Positions 36,377 to 49,622 of a stretch of 64,000 nt of DNA are shown in pieces. Location: assembly GCA_951406725.2 (NCBI GenBank), contig OX597819.1, forward strand, positions 12,090,001-12,154,000, read 5' to 3'. The notes beneath the pieces are model-generated. The model worked only from the letters and a program-made list of their open reading frames with translations. It did no database searches and had not been told where the DNA came from. This stretch comes from Octopus vulgaris. Its lineage: Eukaryota. Within the stretch, counting starts at the first letter, position 1. Each line of letters begins with the position of its first letter. The translations under genes were made by a program, and so were the position numbers.

Positions 36377-38174
36377 AATCCAGTCACCATCATAAATGGA
36401 CTTGTGTTGAGCCATAGTTTTATCAAAATAACCTCAGGTTTAAGTGTGATCCATGACATTCACATGTCTCACTCAAGGAACATATCAAAGCTGCCTATGG
36501 AACTAAATGATAGCCAGCTTAAACACACCCTGAAACATAAAACATGTGGAAAGCATATACCAATATTAACATATCTGATATATTAACAACATACATTAAT
36601 ATACATAGCAATGATTTCACACTTTATTGTAACACTAGCATCCTTACATAGCCATGAAATATAGGGAGTTTATACTCTTATGTAGACTGAGTACTCCTAC
36701 TTGGAATTCTTTCACTCGTAGTCAGAGTATATTGTATATTACCATCATGGATGTTTCTCAGACTAGAGGCAATTCTACTCAACCAAAAACGAGTACCATT
36801 ACTCCTTTTGCCACCACCTTCACACATCTTAAGTGGTTCACGTTTAGTGTCTATGAGGAGCCTAAAATTACAGTCTCATACCTTGTAATGCTTATTTATA
36901 ACCATCATCTGATGTCAACACAAGGGTATACACACACACACACATATACAATGGACTTCTTCCAGATTCTTTCTACCAAATATCCTCACAAAGATTTATT
37001 CCTGTCTCTACTTTGCCATTTCTGGTATTGGAGCATTATTCCATTTTGTCTTTCTCTGGTATGTCTCCTTATCTGCACAAGAACTTGCATCTGTATCTGA
37101 GTGTGAGTTTTGTGTGCATATGTGTTTGCTCACTTCATTGTTTGTACATGGGTCTTTTATTTTTTTCTCATTTTTGCATTGTCTTTAGTATGTCATGTAT
37201 GTGAATTTATGTGTGTTTTTTTATCCTTCTGTTTAGTCATCACAATGCACAGTGTGCTGGAGTGGAGGCAATGTTATTCCATTCATGTTTCCTGTTGAGG
37301 CTCAGTCCATCCACTACTGTATATGTGTCCGCCACAATCTGTCTGAGTGTCGTGTCTGGTCTATGAGATAATGTTCTAACATCTATGTTATTAACCTAGC
37401 CACCATGTCCTAATTGAGCACTCGTGAGTTTCTATTTTCCTTCAGCTTCCAGCAGTGTATGTCGTCGTCCTGTTTCTCTTCCATACCTCACTATACCTGA
37501 CACTATAAGCTACATTCCTCACTTCAGTTTATCTGTGGATTCATCCTAAACACTATACAGTTGCTCTCCCTGCAGGTAGTTCATTCAAATTGATATGTTC
37601 TATAGATCTGGTATTTTATGGAGGTCCCTAGCCTTTCTACTACTTTCATCCATAGATTCACCTTATCTAAGGTTTCCCCCAAAATATATGCTAGTTGACC
37701 TACAGGGGTAGAATCGACATAATACTCTGGTATTTCTTGTTATCATACCACGAGCTAGTTGGCCATATCTTCTTTGTCCTTTCCATGCTATTCCAGGATT
37801 ACTTGTGTATAGTGGGCACATCCCAATTTGCATCATTCTCTATGATGGATTAGTACTTCGCCCTAGCTCCTTTCTAAACTTAGACCCTATCTCTTCGACA
37901 GCAGCCAGGTAACTGCATGCAATGGTTAGTATTGTCTCCCTAATTCTGTTGCATTGCCACCAGTAGTAGTAACAACAATTTTCTCACTCTAACCATATCA
38001 TATGATACATGTGACCTAACAAGTAACATTAAAAATGAAAAATTTACTACAATTTCCAAGAATAGACTACACATATTATAAACATTTATAGCACTTTAAT
38101 AACATTCATATACATAAATTCTTTAATACAAATATCACAACAATATGGTTTTATACTATACTATCCTACAAAAG

Positions 38175-38406
38175 TCAGTGGTAAGATTGAGTACGATTGT
38201 GCCTTATTAAACACCTCAAGTTAGAGACTTCACAGTGGTGTGCTTTCTTTCCAGTGTGTGTACATATATGTCCATTTAAGCTGCCACTACTGGAAAATTC
38301 CTTGCCACAAACTTCACACTGATATGGTTTTTCTCCATTATGAGTGTGTTTATAGGACAGATTTTTCAGAAAATGCTTTCCGACACTTTTCACATTAGTG
38401 TGGCTT
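38175..38406 (-). pseudogene. Decayed former C-terminal fingers downstream of the ZNF-C stop
   Basis: frameshifted finger remnants (YQCEVCGKEFSSSGSLNGH) homologous to the ZNF-D tail. Confidence 0.8.
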
Positions 38407-39426
38407 TTATCCAGTATGAACACATGTATGTCTTGTTAAGCTGGTCTTAAGTGAAAATTCTTTTCCACATATTAAACAGTGATATGGTTTCTCTCCTGTG
38501 TGAATACGTCTGTGTCTTTTTAAAGTACCATTTTCAGAAAATGCTTCACCACAAATTTCACAGTGATATGCTTTTTCCCCAGTATGAATACGAATGTGTT
38601 TCTTTAAGCTGCAGCTATCAAAAAAGTCTTTTCCACAAACTTCACAGTGATATGGTTTCTCTCCTGTGTGAATACGTTTGTGTAATGTTAAGACATATTT
38701 TTCAGGAAATACTTTCCCACAGATTTCACAGTGGTGTCGTTTTTCCCCTGTGTGAGTACGTTTATGCCTTATTAAGGTACCACTGTTTGTAAACCCTTTC
38801 CCACATATGTCACAATGATATGGCTTCTCTCCAGTGTGAACTCGTTTGTGGACTGTTAAAGATTCTTTGACAGAAAATGTTTTACCACAGATTTCACAGT
38901 GGTAAGGTTTTGAATGCACACCTCTGTGTGTTTCACAGGCACTCACATCAGAAAATGCTTTCCCACAATCATCACACTTGTATGGCTTCTCCCCAGTGTG
39001 AGTACGTGTATGTCTTGTTAAATTATTAACCTTAGAAAATGATTTGCCACAGATTTCACAATCATATCGTTTTTCTCCAGTGTGAATAAGCCGATGACTT
39101 GTTGCACTACTACGCCCTGAAAATGTTTTGCCACAGATTTCACAATGAAATGGTTTCTCTCCTGTGTGAGTACGTTTGTGTATCTTTATATAACATTTAG
39201 TAGAAAATGATTTTCCACATATTTCACAGTGAAATGGTTTCTCTCCTGTATGTGTACGTTTGTGTTCTATTAAATTTGCTTTTTGAGTGAATGTTTTCTC
39301 ACATACTTCACAGTGGTATGGCTTTTCCCCAGTATGAGTGCGCCTATGAATAGCTAAATTAGATTTTGTACTAAGTAGTTTGCCACAAATATCACATTTG
39401 TAATGCTTGCTCACTTTCTGAAACAT
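38407..39426 (-). CDS. C2H2 zinc-finger protein ZNF-C, 339 aa, 12 fingers
   Basis: intact ORF; tttttctttcag acceptor on -, exon starts at 39557. Confidence 0.9.
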   Translation of the reverse strand: MFQKVSKHYKCDICGKLLSTKSNLAIHRRTHTGEKPYHCEVCEKTFTQKANLIEHKRTHTGEKPFHCEICGKSFSTKCYIKIHKRTHTGEKPFHCEICGKTFSGRSSATSHRLIHTGEKRYDCEICGKSFSKVNNLTRHTRTHTGEKPYKCDDCGKAFSDVSACETHRGVHSKPYHCEICGKTFSVKESLTVHKRVHTGEKPYHCDICGKGFTNSGTLIRHKRTHTGEKRHHCEICGKVFPEKYVLTLHKRIHTGEKPYHCEVCGKDFFDSCSLKKHIRIHTGEKAYHCEICGEAFSENGTLKRHRRIHTGEKPYHCLICGKEFSLKTSLTRHTCVHTG

Positions 39427-40414
39427 TGTCTTCGTTAAATTTTACAGTCTTATTCTTTCATTCTGAAGACATAAATTGGTTGATAAATCTTTCTACCCTA
39501 ACACAGCAGACTCTCAGTATCCTCTGCAGAAAATCTTCTTTCAAATGGAAATATGTCCTGAAAGAAAAATAAAATGAATATTAGATACTAATGACCAAAA
39601 AGTTGTGAAATGAGTAGCTATTTATGTTGTATATAATTTACCATTCTCATCAATATCGCATAATCAATAGATCAGTAAGTCACAACTTTTATCTACATTA
39701 CCTCTGTTCAGGATTAATAGAATATTCCCTAAGTCCTCATCATTATTATTTAACACATAAGGCACTGGGATTTGCTCTTACAAAGCATGGACTGCTGACC
39801 ACATTTCATGAAAATGAGATTACCATGCACACATAAAAAATAAATGTAATAGCTTCTTAGTACATAATAGTGGCAAGTTGACTTTGACTTTCATCCTTTC
39901 GGAGTCGATAAATTAAGATCTAATCGACTGGCCCCTCCCCCAAAAATTTCGGGCCTTAGGCCTAGAGTAGAAAAGAATATTTACCAGCATATGTGAACCT
40001 GGACACAGAACCATCACACCTATCCACGAAGCCGGGTATTTAAGAGGCCCTTAATTAACATAAAGCCTGACACTACCCGGAAACAAAAGATGTAGGAATT
40101 GAATCTGAAAGCAAAAATGCCCGGAAAATAACGGGGGTGGGGGAGGCCTTCGGAAAATTCGGGACCTGAGGAAAAGTCTAATTTGTGATTTCAAAAGGAT
40201 TATATTTTCCTCAAAGTTACAAGGCAGAAATTCGAATCTTGTGAGGATTTTCCGAAGGCCTCTCCTCACCCTCTGTTACACTATTTTTTTTTTTTCCGAT
40301 TTCGTTTCCGAGTAATAATGTCAACATTAACCGAAAACCTTTTATATCGACCCAGGATGCGAAACAATTATATTAAAACGCATAAAAGCAATAGATAAAT
40401 AATCGTCATCTTAC

Positions 40415-40551
40415 CTTAATACATGTCTTCTGAATAGCTACCATCGTCAGCATCAATCATAAACATCAGCTGCAAAATAATTGGAACTCCCTCTATGACG
40501 ACGAAGATGGCGGTCTTATATGAATTCTATTGGTCACTTCAAGTCACGTGG
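40415..40551 (-). promoter_or_regulatory. Promoter and non-coding leader exon of ZNF-C (E-box CCACGTGAC, YY1-type CCGCCATCTT, donor AAG|GTAAG at 40414)
   Basis: motifs at 40543-40551 and 40504-40513; same block at 54.5 and 63.8 kb; predicted intron 40414-39558. Confidence 0.7.
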
Positions 40552-42699
40552 GCTACATCGGGTAATTTACTTTCGTTTTTATTTGCTGGAATACTTTCAC
40601 TTGAAATTGCTGGTTTCAATGAGCGTGATATATTTACTGTGTTGTTATTGCGCTGATACAGATACGTCATTTCTCGTCGGAAAGCATTAGGATCAGGCAC
40701 GTTTTGTATTTTGGAAATAGTAGTACAATATATTCCACTTAGCGGTTCGGCAAAAGCGACCGATAGAATAAGTACTGGGCTTACAAAGAATAAGTCCCGG
40801 GGTCGATTTGCTCGATTGAAGGCGGTGCTCCAGCATGGCCGCAGTCAAATGACTGAAACAAGTAAAAGAGTAAAGAGTATAGGCCATATCCTCGAATACA
40901 AGTCGTCGCTCCCTGAAATAGCCTCGGTCGATCTTCCGTGCGACTTTGAAAACAAATTTCTAATTGTAGCTTGAACAGATTGGCATACCATTAAAGCGAA
41001 CTCCGAGGCCTAGCCCAATAGAGCATAAGGACGTTTTAACCAACTTACTATAATTATGAGGAAAATGTCACTGGCTAGCTTAGGATAACAGGGAAATGGA
41101 CATTAAACAAGACGTTTACATACTAAACGACGAGTAAGGCCATGAATAATCACACTCAAAGGAATAAAGGTTTTAAATATTATCATAGTTTATTTATCTG
41201 ACTATATTTGATGCCAAAAATGCGTGGTGTGCTTTGAGTATGGGTCCAACCGATCATATTTGGTGGTAAATGCAACTTCGGTGTAAAAAATCTTCCATTT
41301 TCTGATAAGAGATTCTGTAGTTGTATTGCAACCCACCTTTTCAGGACTAAAATTAAGTTTCGAGAGATTTACCTTCACGTGAAATTTTCTTATCAAAATA
41401 TGGAATCTCAATGAATACAACAGACAATTTCTTTCCATTAAATCATAAAGTGCTGGGACTTGCACTTACATAGCATGGACTGCTGAGCACATTTTATAAA
41501 AATGAGACTACCATGCACACATACAAAATAGTTAAAATATATTCTTAGTATATAATGGTGGCAAGTTTTACATCATATGAAAAGTCATTAGTTGAACCAT
41601 TAGTCCTCTTGCATTCTGGCGAGGGGGGGGGTTATCGGCGCGTTTGAGTGACGCTAGACCGCAACAAATACCCATAAATTAAATGCATCTATCTGGGCCA
41701 CGATTGTGATCTATCGACCTGTGCCTGACGGCCACGATCGTGGCCCGACGCACTTTATGTGTTAAGATCAAATTAAAATCTTTGGGAAATATGGAAAACG
41801 TACAACGGAACTGGATCCGGTCTTTAAAACCAGTTGATTAATATTATTGGAGTTTTGTTGTTGCTTTTAAATTTTAAACACCTATTCGTTGGTAGAAAAA
41901 CTGCGATATTTTTCTGACTTCTTAAGACTGTAGGGAGCCGTTTGAAAACAAAAGAGTAGTTAGAGTGAGTACGAATTGATATAAGGTTAAGAAAGTGGTT
42001 AGAAGGTAAAATTCAACAAGAATGTAAACATTGATTAGGACACACCCAGAAACACAGGCTGAGAGGAAAAGATTTTGGTGAGTATAGGGAATATTTCAGT
42101 AGAGTAGCGATAGGTCACTGAAGGGACTTTGTTAGAGTTATTGCCCTTGGTAAGTTTGCAGTAAACTGAGAAACTTCAGAACTCGGGCTGTGTGTGCGCA
42201 TGGTGAAATGGGGAGAAACGGTTTATACAATAGAGTTGGTTGCAGAGCCTTTTACTCTGAGAATTACAATGTTTCACAGATGAAAGGAACAACGATTCTT
42301 CATGGTCAATAGTGATCCTTTTGGTATACAAAGATCAGTTGGAGTTTAAGAACTGGGTAAGGATTATCAAGTTTGCAGGGATGGGTGGTTTGGTTCAAGC
42401 ATTGTTGATGCTGTTTTGTGTCTGAACGGCTGGAGTGATGCTATCAGAAAAGCGTTCAGGGCCATGTGGGATATGGACGGACATCATCATCATCATCGTT
42501 TAACGTCCACTTTCCATGCTAGCATGGGTTGGACGATTTGACTGAGGACTGGTGAACCAGATGGCTGCACCAGGCTCCAATCTGATCTGGCAGAGATTCT
42601 ACAGCTGGGTGCCCTTCCTAACGCCAACCACTCCGACATATAACATGATACTAAGATAGTTAATATAACTGGTGCAGCTGTGGTTATTCACTTTACTCA

Positions 42700-45180
42700 A
42701 ACTACTTAAAGGTCCAGGTTATTGCAATAGAAAAGGGATCAGTTCACTTAGTAAGTGCAAAGATGATTATGGATTGGGTATGGGGATCAGAAAGATATAA
42801 AGATTATTTGAATGATTACGAATCAGTTAGCAATGTGTGATGAGAGGAGATGAGTTGATGTAGAGAAATGAAGACAGAGAAGATTCAGGTTGAACCTAGT
42901 GAGGGTGGCAGGGAATAGTTCATCTGTCACATCTGAATAGCTGTCCGGTGTCATGATATGGTTAAATGTTGCAGATCCTTACAACGGTGAATTTAGGTAA
43001 TGTTAGAGGGTGGTTTGAAGGAACAATGGCAGTATAGAATTAGTGGAAAGTTCAGTCCCTGTGTCTGCATCTTCAGCTACTTGCGATAGTTTAGCTAGAT
43101 TTACAAGACAATCAAAACTACTATGTCACCAGATTCATGTCAACCATGATAATATAATCAAGTCACATTTCTGAATACTCACTATATCCTCATGACAACT
43201 AAGGGGCTTTACATCAAAATGTTATAATATTGTTATACATAATGATGGTCATATTTTGCCAATTAAACACCTTCTATATATTTGGTTTTCTCTTCAGCTT
43301 TATCATTATTCTAGTTTCTTTCTTAAAGCTCTTTCATCCCACATCTTGTGACCTCTTCCGTAACTCTCTATTTCATGCCTCTTCTTGTTCTGCTTATTCC
43401 ATTTTGTATTTCTCTCGTATGTATCCATATATGTGCAACAATTTGAATCTGTATCTGGGTGCATGTTTTGTGTGGATATCCGTATGATTACTACATTATT
43501 TGTATCTGGATCTTGTATTTTTTCTTTTCTCATTGTCTTTAGTATGTCTTGTGTGTGTGTATATGAATTATATATTATGTATTATACTGTTGGTATCTTG
43601 TTTCCTTTTCTTCTCATTTTGGCTTCAGCCATCAGGTCGTGCAGTGTGGGTGATGTCATTCCATTCATGTTTTCTGTTGAGGTTTAGTCTATTACTGTAT
43701 GTGTGGCCACCATAATCTGAGTGTCATGCCTGCTCTATGTGTTGATATGTTAACATGTTATTAACCATGCCTTCATGTCCTAATTGAGCATGTTGGTAGA
43801 GCACTGATGAGCTTCTCTCCTTCACCTTCCACCAGTGTATGTCATATCCTCTTTCTCTTCCATACCTCACTACACTTTATATTTTAAGCTACATTCCTCA
43901 CTTAACAGTTTATCCGTGGGTTCACCCTACACAGTTGCTCTCCTTACAGGTGGTTCATTCAAATGGATACGTTTTACAGATCTGGTATTTTATGGAGGTC
44001 CCTGGCCTTTCTACTACTTTAATAAATAAATTCATCTTATCTAAGGTTTTCCCAAAAAGATGTTTGTTCACCTACAGGGTGAATACTCTGGTATTTTTAC
44101 TTACCATGCCAAGAGTTAGTTAGCCTTATCAATCTTCATCCTGTTCATGCTATTCCAGGATTCATTTGTGTAAAGGGGGCAGATCCCAAGTTCTTTCTAC
44201 ACTTTGATTCTATCCCTTTGATAGCAGCCAGGGATCTGCATGCAGTGGATGTCTCCCTAATTCTGCTGGGTTGCTAGTAGTAGTAACAACAGTTTTCTCA
44301 CTCTAACCAGATACATGTCAACCATGATAATATAATCAATAGTGTCATTTCTGAATACTCACCATATCCCCATGACAACCATGGGGCTTCACATATTGCT
44401 ATACATGATCATATTTTGCCAATTAAACACACACTTGGTCTTCTCTTCAGCTTTATTGTTATTCTAGTTTCTTTCTTAAATCTCTTTCATCCACATCTTG
44501 TGACCTCTTCAGTGATTCTCTATCCCAAGTCTCTTCTTGTCCTGCTTATTCCATTTTGTCTGGCTCGGTTATGTATCCTTATCTGCGCAACAATAAGCAT
44601 CTGTATAGCTATGCGTTTGCTTACTACATTGTTGGTCTTTTGTATTTTTTTCTTCTTTCCCACTGTCATTACTATGTCTTGTTTGTGTGTATATGGATGT
44701 ATGTATTATCTTGTTCGTATCTGTTTACTTCTCATTTTGTCTTTAGCCATCGGGTTGGGCAGTGTGGTGGAGTAGGGGTGACGTTCTTATTCCATTCAAG
44801 TTTTCTGTTGAGGTTCAGTCTATCTACAACTGTATGTGTGGCCACCATAATCTACCTGCATGTCATGTCTGCTCTATGTGTTGATAGTACACTTTGATCC
44901 GGTCTCTTTGACAATACCTGAGGAACTGCATAGAGTCGATGAAGTCCTGTACGTATCTCTAAAGCTATCAGGTTGCTAGTAGAAGAGTTTTCTCACTCTA
45001 ACCATATCATATGATATATATGACCGAACAAGTAACATTAAAAATGAAAAATTTACAACTTCCAAAGAATACACTAAACATATTATAAACATTTATAGCA
45101 ATTTAATAACATTCATATACATAAATTCTTTAATGCAAATATCACAACAAAATGGTTTTATACTATGCTTTCCTACAAAA
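42700..45180. repeat. Segmentally duplicated ZNF 3' flank, internally duplicated here; paralogous copies at about 37000-38175 and 54940-56500
   Basis: colinear blocks shared among the ZNF-C, -D and -E downstream regions. Confidence 0.8.
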
Positions 45181-45181
45181 G

Positions 45182-46891
45182 TCAGTGGTAAGGTTTATCT
45201 CCATCATTAAAAGTACATTTATGAGTTGATATATAATCACTGCGATTAAATGATTTCCCACAAATAACACAGCTGTATGGTTTTTCCCCAGTATGAATAC
45301 GCTTGTGTCTTATTAAACACTTCAAGTTAGAAAATGCTTTGCCACAGATTTCACAGTGGTGAGGTTTCTCTCCAGTGTGTGTACGTTTATGTCCGTTAAA
45401 GTTGCCATGACTGGAAAATTTCTTCCCACAAACTTCACACTGATATGGTTTTTCTCCAGTATGAGTGCGTTTATGAACTAATAGGACAGATTTTTCAGAA
45501 AATGCTTTGCCACAGATTTCACAGTAGTGTGGCTTTTCCCCGGTATGACGACGGGTATGAACTGTTAAGTTGGGCTGAAGTGAAAATTTTTTTCCACATA
45601 TTAAACAGCGATATGGTTTCTCTCCTGTGTGAATACGTCTGTGTCTTTTTAACTGATCATTTACAGAAAATGTTTTGCCACAGATTTCACAGTGGTGTGA
45701 TTTCTCTCCAGTGTGTGTACGTTTATGTACATTCAAGCTGCCAGTATTGGCAAATTTCTTCCCACAAACCTCACACTGATATGGTTTTTCTCCAGTATGA
45801 GTGCGTTTATGAACTAATAGGACAGATTTTTCAGAAAATGCTTTTCCACAGATTTCACAGTAGTGTGGCTTTTCCCCAGTATGAAGACGGGTATGAGCTG
45901 TTAAGTTTGGCTTCAGTGAAAATTTTTTTCCACATATTAAACAGCGATATGGTTTCTCTCCTGTGTGAATACGTCTGTGTCTTTTTAAAGTCCCATTTTG
46001 AGAAAATGCTTTGCCACAGATTTCACAGTGATGTGGTTTTTCTCCAGTATGAATACGATTGTGTTTCTTTAAGCTGCACCTATCAGAAAAGTCTTTTCCG
46101 CAAACCTCACAGTGATATGGTTTCTCTCCTGTGTGAATTCGTTTGTGTAATGTTAAAATAAATTTTTCAGTAAATGATTTCCCACAGATTTCACAGTGGT
46201 GTCGTTTTTCCCCTGTGTGAGTACGTTTATGCCTTCTTAAGGTACCACTACTTGTAAATCCTTTCCCACATACTTCACAATGATATGGTTTCTCTCCAGT
46301 GTGAACACGTTTGTGTATTGTTAAAGACACTTTTACAGAAAATGCTTTATCACAGATTTCACAGTGGTAAGGTTTTGAGTGTACACCTCTGTGTGTTTCA
46401 CATTCACTCAAATTAGAAAAAGCTTTCCCACAATCATCACACCTGTATGGCTTCTCCCCAGTATGGGTACGTTTATGCCTTTTTAAATTACCAAGTCGAG
46501 AAAATGGCTTGCCACAGATTTCACAATTGAATCGCTTTTCTCCAGTGTGAATAAGTTGATGACTTCTCACATTATGAAACTGTGAAAATGCTTTGCCACA
46601 GATTTCACAGTGGTATGGTTTCTCTCCAGTGTGTGTACGTTTGTGAATCTTTATATAACCTTTATCAGAAAATGATTTTCCACATATTTCACAGTGAAAT
46701 GGTTTCTCTCCTGTATGTGTACGTTTGTGTTCTGTTAAATTTCCTTTTACAGAGAATGCCCTCTCACATACTTCACAGAGGTATGGCTTTTCCCCTGTAT
46801 GAGTGCGCCTATGAATAGCTAAATTAGATTTTGTAGTAAGATCTTTGCCACAAATATCACATTTGTAACGTTTGCTCCCTTTCTGATACAT
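45182..46891 (-). CDS. C2H2 zinc-finger protein ZNF-D, 569 aa from MYQKGSK, 19 fingers plus 1 degenerate
   Basis: ATG at 46891 aligns with the paralog start codons; acceptor gives exon start at 47018; the track start at 47005 is TTG. Confidence 0.92.
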   Translation of the reverse strand: MYQKGSKRYKCDICGKDLTTKSNLAIHRRTHTGEKPYLCEVCERAFSVKGNLTEHKRTHTGEKPFHCEICGKSFSDKGYIKIHKRTHTGEKPYHCEICGKAFSQFHNVRSHQLIHTGEKRFNCEICGKPFSRLGNLKRHKRTHTGEKPYRCDDCGKAFSNLSECETHRGVHSKPYHCEICDKAFSVKVSLTIHKRVHTGEKPYHCEVCGKGFTSSGTLRRHKRTHTGEKRHHCEICGKSFTEKFILTLHKRIHTGEKPYHCEVCGKDFSDRCSLKKHNRIHTGEKPHHCEICGKAFSQNGTLKRHRRIHTGEKPYRCLICGKKFSLKPNLTAHTRLHTGEKPHYCEICGKAFSEKSVLLVHKRTHTGEKPYQCEVCGKKFANTGSLNVHKRTHTGEKSHHCEICGKTFSVNDQLKRHRRIHTGEKPYRCLICGKKFSLQPNLTVHTRRHTGEKPHYCEICGKAFSEKSVLLVHKRTHTGEKPYQCEVCGKKFSSHGNFNGHKRTHTGEKPHHCEICGKAFSNLKCLIRHKRIHTGEKPYSCVICGKSFNRSDYISTHKCTFNDGDKPYH

Positions 46892-49249
46892 TCTCTCAGT
46901 TAAATTTTGCAATTTTATTTTCTCATTCTGAAAACATTGGTTAATAAATCTCTCTACCCAAACACAGCAGATTGGCAGTATCCTCTGCAGAAAATCTTCT
47001 TTCAAATGGAAATATGTCCTGAAAGAAAAATAAAATAAATATTATATACTAATGACTAAAAAGTTGTGAAATGAGTTGCTATTTGTGTGGTAAGTGATTG
47101 ACTATATTCTCAACAATATCTCAATCATAGATCAGCAAGTCACAACCTTTCTTCATGTTGTCTCTGTTCAGGATCAATAGAATATTCCCTAAGTCCTTAT
47201 CATTATTATCTAATATCTGTTTTTGGTCCTGGCAAGAGTCGGACAGTTTGACAGGAACCAGCAAAGTCCCACCAGGTTCCATTGTCAGTTGGCATGGTTT
47301 CTACAGCTGGATGCCCTTCCTAATGCTCACCACTTTACAGAGTGTATAACGCAATCTCCCGTCAGTAAACATTTCTAAAAAAATGCTTTCCCTCCTTTGT
47401 GGTGGGTGAGAGTGCTATTGTCTTATTTGGCAGCAATAATTAACAATGTTTTCCCACATATTTCAGAGTATGCTTCTATCACCTGTTTGAATATGTGTGT
47501 GATTAAACAAACTGACCAAGTGTTCACAGATTGAAACTAGGCAGAATTAGATAAATAGATGTTCTCATTTCATGAGGTCAGAAGTAGCTTCATAAGAAAT
47601 ATGCAGAATTCTTTCCATTACCTCCTTTCAATGAATCATGAGTGTGCCTGGCTATTTGCTTAGTGACATATCTATATTCACATTCTGACAAGGCTTAGTG
47701 GCATTTCACCCATCTTCACATTCTGACAAGGGCAACTTTGCCTTTCATTCTTTTCGATCAATGAAATAAGTACCAGTTGAATACTTGCACTGATGTAAAT
47801 CCACTGGCCTCTCCCCTCAAACTACTGGCCTTGTGCCAAAATGCTAAAATCAACACTATTTGTTTGTTTGAGAACAGAAAAAGCACAAATCTTCTTCAGG
47901 ACAAAATCTGTTTCCTTCCTCAGTCTCTAGATGAAAGAGAGATGAGAAGAAAACATGACAGATGTAAAGAATCAAATCATTGTTATAGATATACTTGATG
48001 CTGAAGAATTACCAGAAAACCATTCCTGCTATTTGGGACAGTGTTTAAGTAATACTCTGTTGGAGGTACTGTCATAGGCCCTTGGTCACTGGATTATTTC
48101 CACTCAGTATTAATGTTTCACATAATTATACTCAGCAAAGTTTCAAACATTACACTACATCCCTCCAACAAGACAAATATTTTTGTCCTTAACTATTCAT
48201 ATGTCTAAGAATCTCAGAAAAATGTCATGCAAATAAAGTAACAGTTATTGTTTGTTTTAGTTGAAATGGAACCAATTCCATTAATCTTTTTCTTCTTTCC
48301 ATCAGTGGAATGTGGCCATGCTGGGGTACTGCCTTGAAAGGTTTGGTTCAACTCAATTCTCGGTCAAGCCATTCAGCCCATGCTGGCATGGAAAGCAGAC
48401 GTTAAACGATGAGGATAATCGTAGTCATGGATGATGCGTGTCACATAATTGGCACATAAAAAGCATCTTCCGAGCGATGGGCTCCATGGAGGAAATGTGG
48501 TCGAAGCCTGTGTCAACCATCTGGTATCTGTGCAGGTGGCACACAAAAAGCACCAACTGAGCGCTGGGCATAACGGAGGCAATGTGGCCAATGCCAGTGC
48601 CATGTAAAAAGCACCTGATGAGCAGTGGGCCTCACAGAGACAATGCAGCCGATGCCGGTGTTGCATAACTGGCACCCGTACCAGTGGTATGTAAAAAGCA
48701 ATGGCAAATGGTCAAGAGACTTGGCAATATGTTGTGTTTGAGAAGAAGACCCATCAAGTCCAGTGAAATTGTAGTCATATTGGATGCTGGTGTAATGCAA
48801 CTGGCACGCACTTGTTGTGGGACTTGGCACATGCTACCACTTTTAGCTAAAACCAGCTTTATATCTTTTATTTGTCCTTTGGAGCCATGAGGGGGGGGGT
48901 TACAGTTGCTTGATATTGATGATTGTCTGTAAATGTTTAAAAATAATCGATAATTGTAAGGTTTATTGTGATTGATCTGACAAACACAAACTGGCCAATC
49001 ACAGAAGGTCCCAGATCATGCTTCTAATCTGCCATAGCAGGTAGATTAGTTACTGTAAACTACACTTTTCCCGAAAACCCTCAACTGGCTGAGCGCTGTA
49101 TGAGAGAGCACTTTGAGGTAGTGTAAACAGAACGGGCCCTGGGACCCGACTGAATGGGCTGATTTGTTACATTTTCTGTTTGTCAGCTGTTGCACATGAT
49201 GACCGATGTCTGACAAGTTTTCTGTGCTGTCATTCAAATGTAACCATTA

Positions 49250-49622
49250 CTAGCACTATGACCCAGCAACGCCAGGTCATAGTGCTAGTGCATGCATATA
49301 CAGCTGTGTGCGTGCGCACATACACGCAAGTACTATCCAAATCTCCGACCAATCACATACAGCTAGCTGGCATTCAATTGGCATATCAAGTTTTGGGTAT
49401 TTTGATTGGGTTTTGGATAGAAAATTCACAAAAAAAGTCACTTCTATTGATTTTTTAATGGCTTTGCGGGGTGACTGGGGAAATGTAAAGATGTGCACGA
49501 CCACCCTTGGATGGTTTTGAATGACCATAGAAAGTGCGAGCCCACTAACTGAAAAATTGTGGATTTGTATAAAGGATACACACACACACACAGACATTTT
49601 GCCGTTTATATATATATAGAGA
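49250..49622 (-). mobile_element. Non-autonomous Helitron (second family)
   Basis: minus strand TCTCTATATATATAAAC start, CTAG end, terminal hairpin ctagcactatgacc...ggtcatagtgctag. Confidence 0.7.

Noticed and set aside
46892-47005. 38-aa N-terminal extension of ZNF-D in the ORF track
   Set aside because: Starts at TTG; the homologous segment is not open in frame in the paralogs, so it is treated as 5'UTR.
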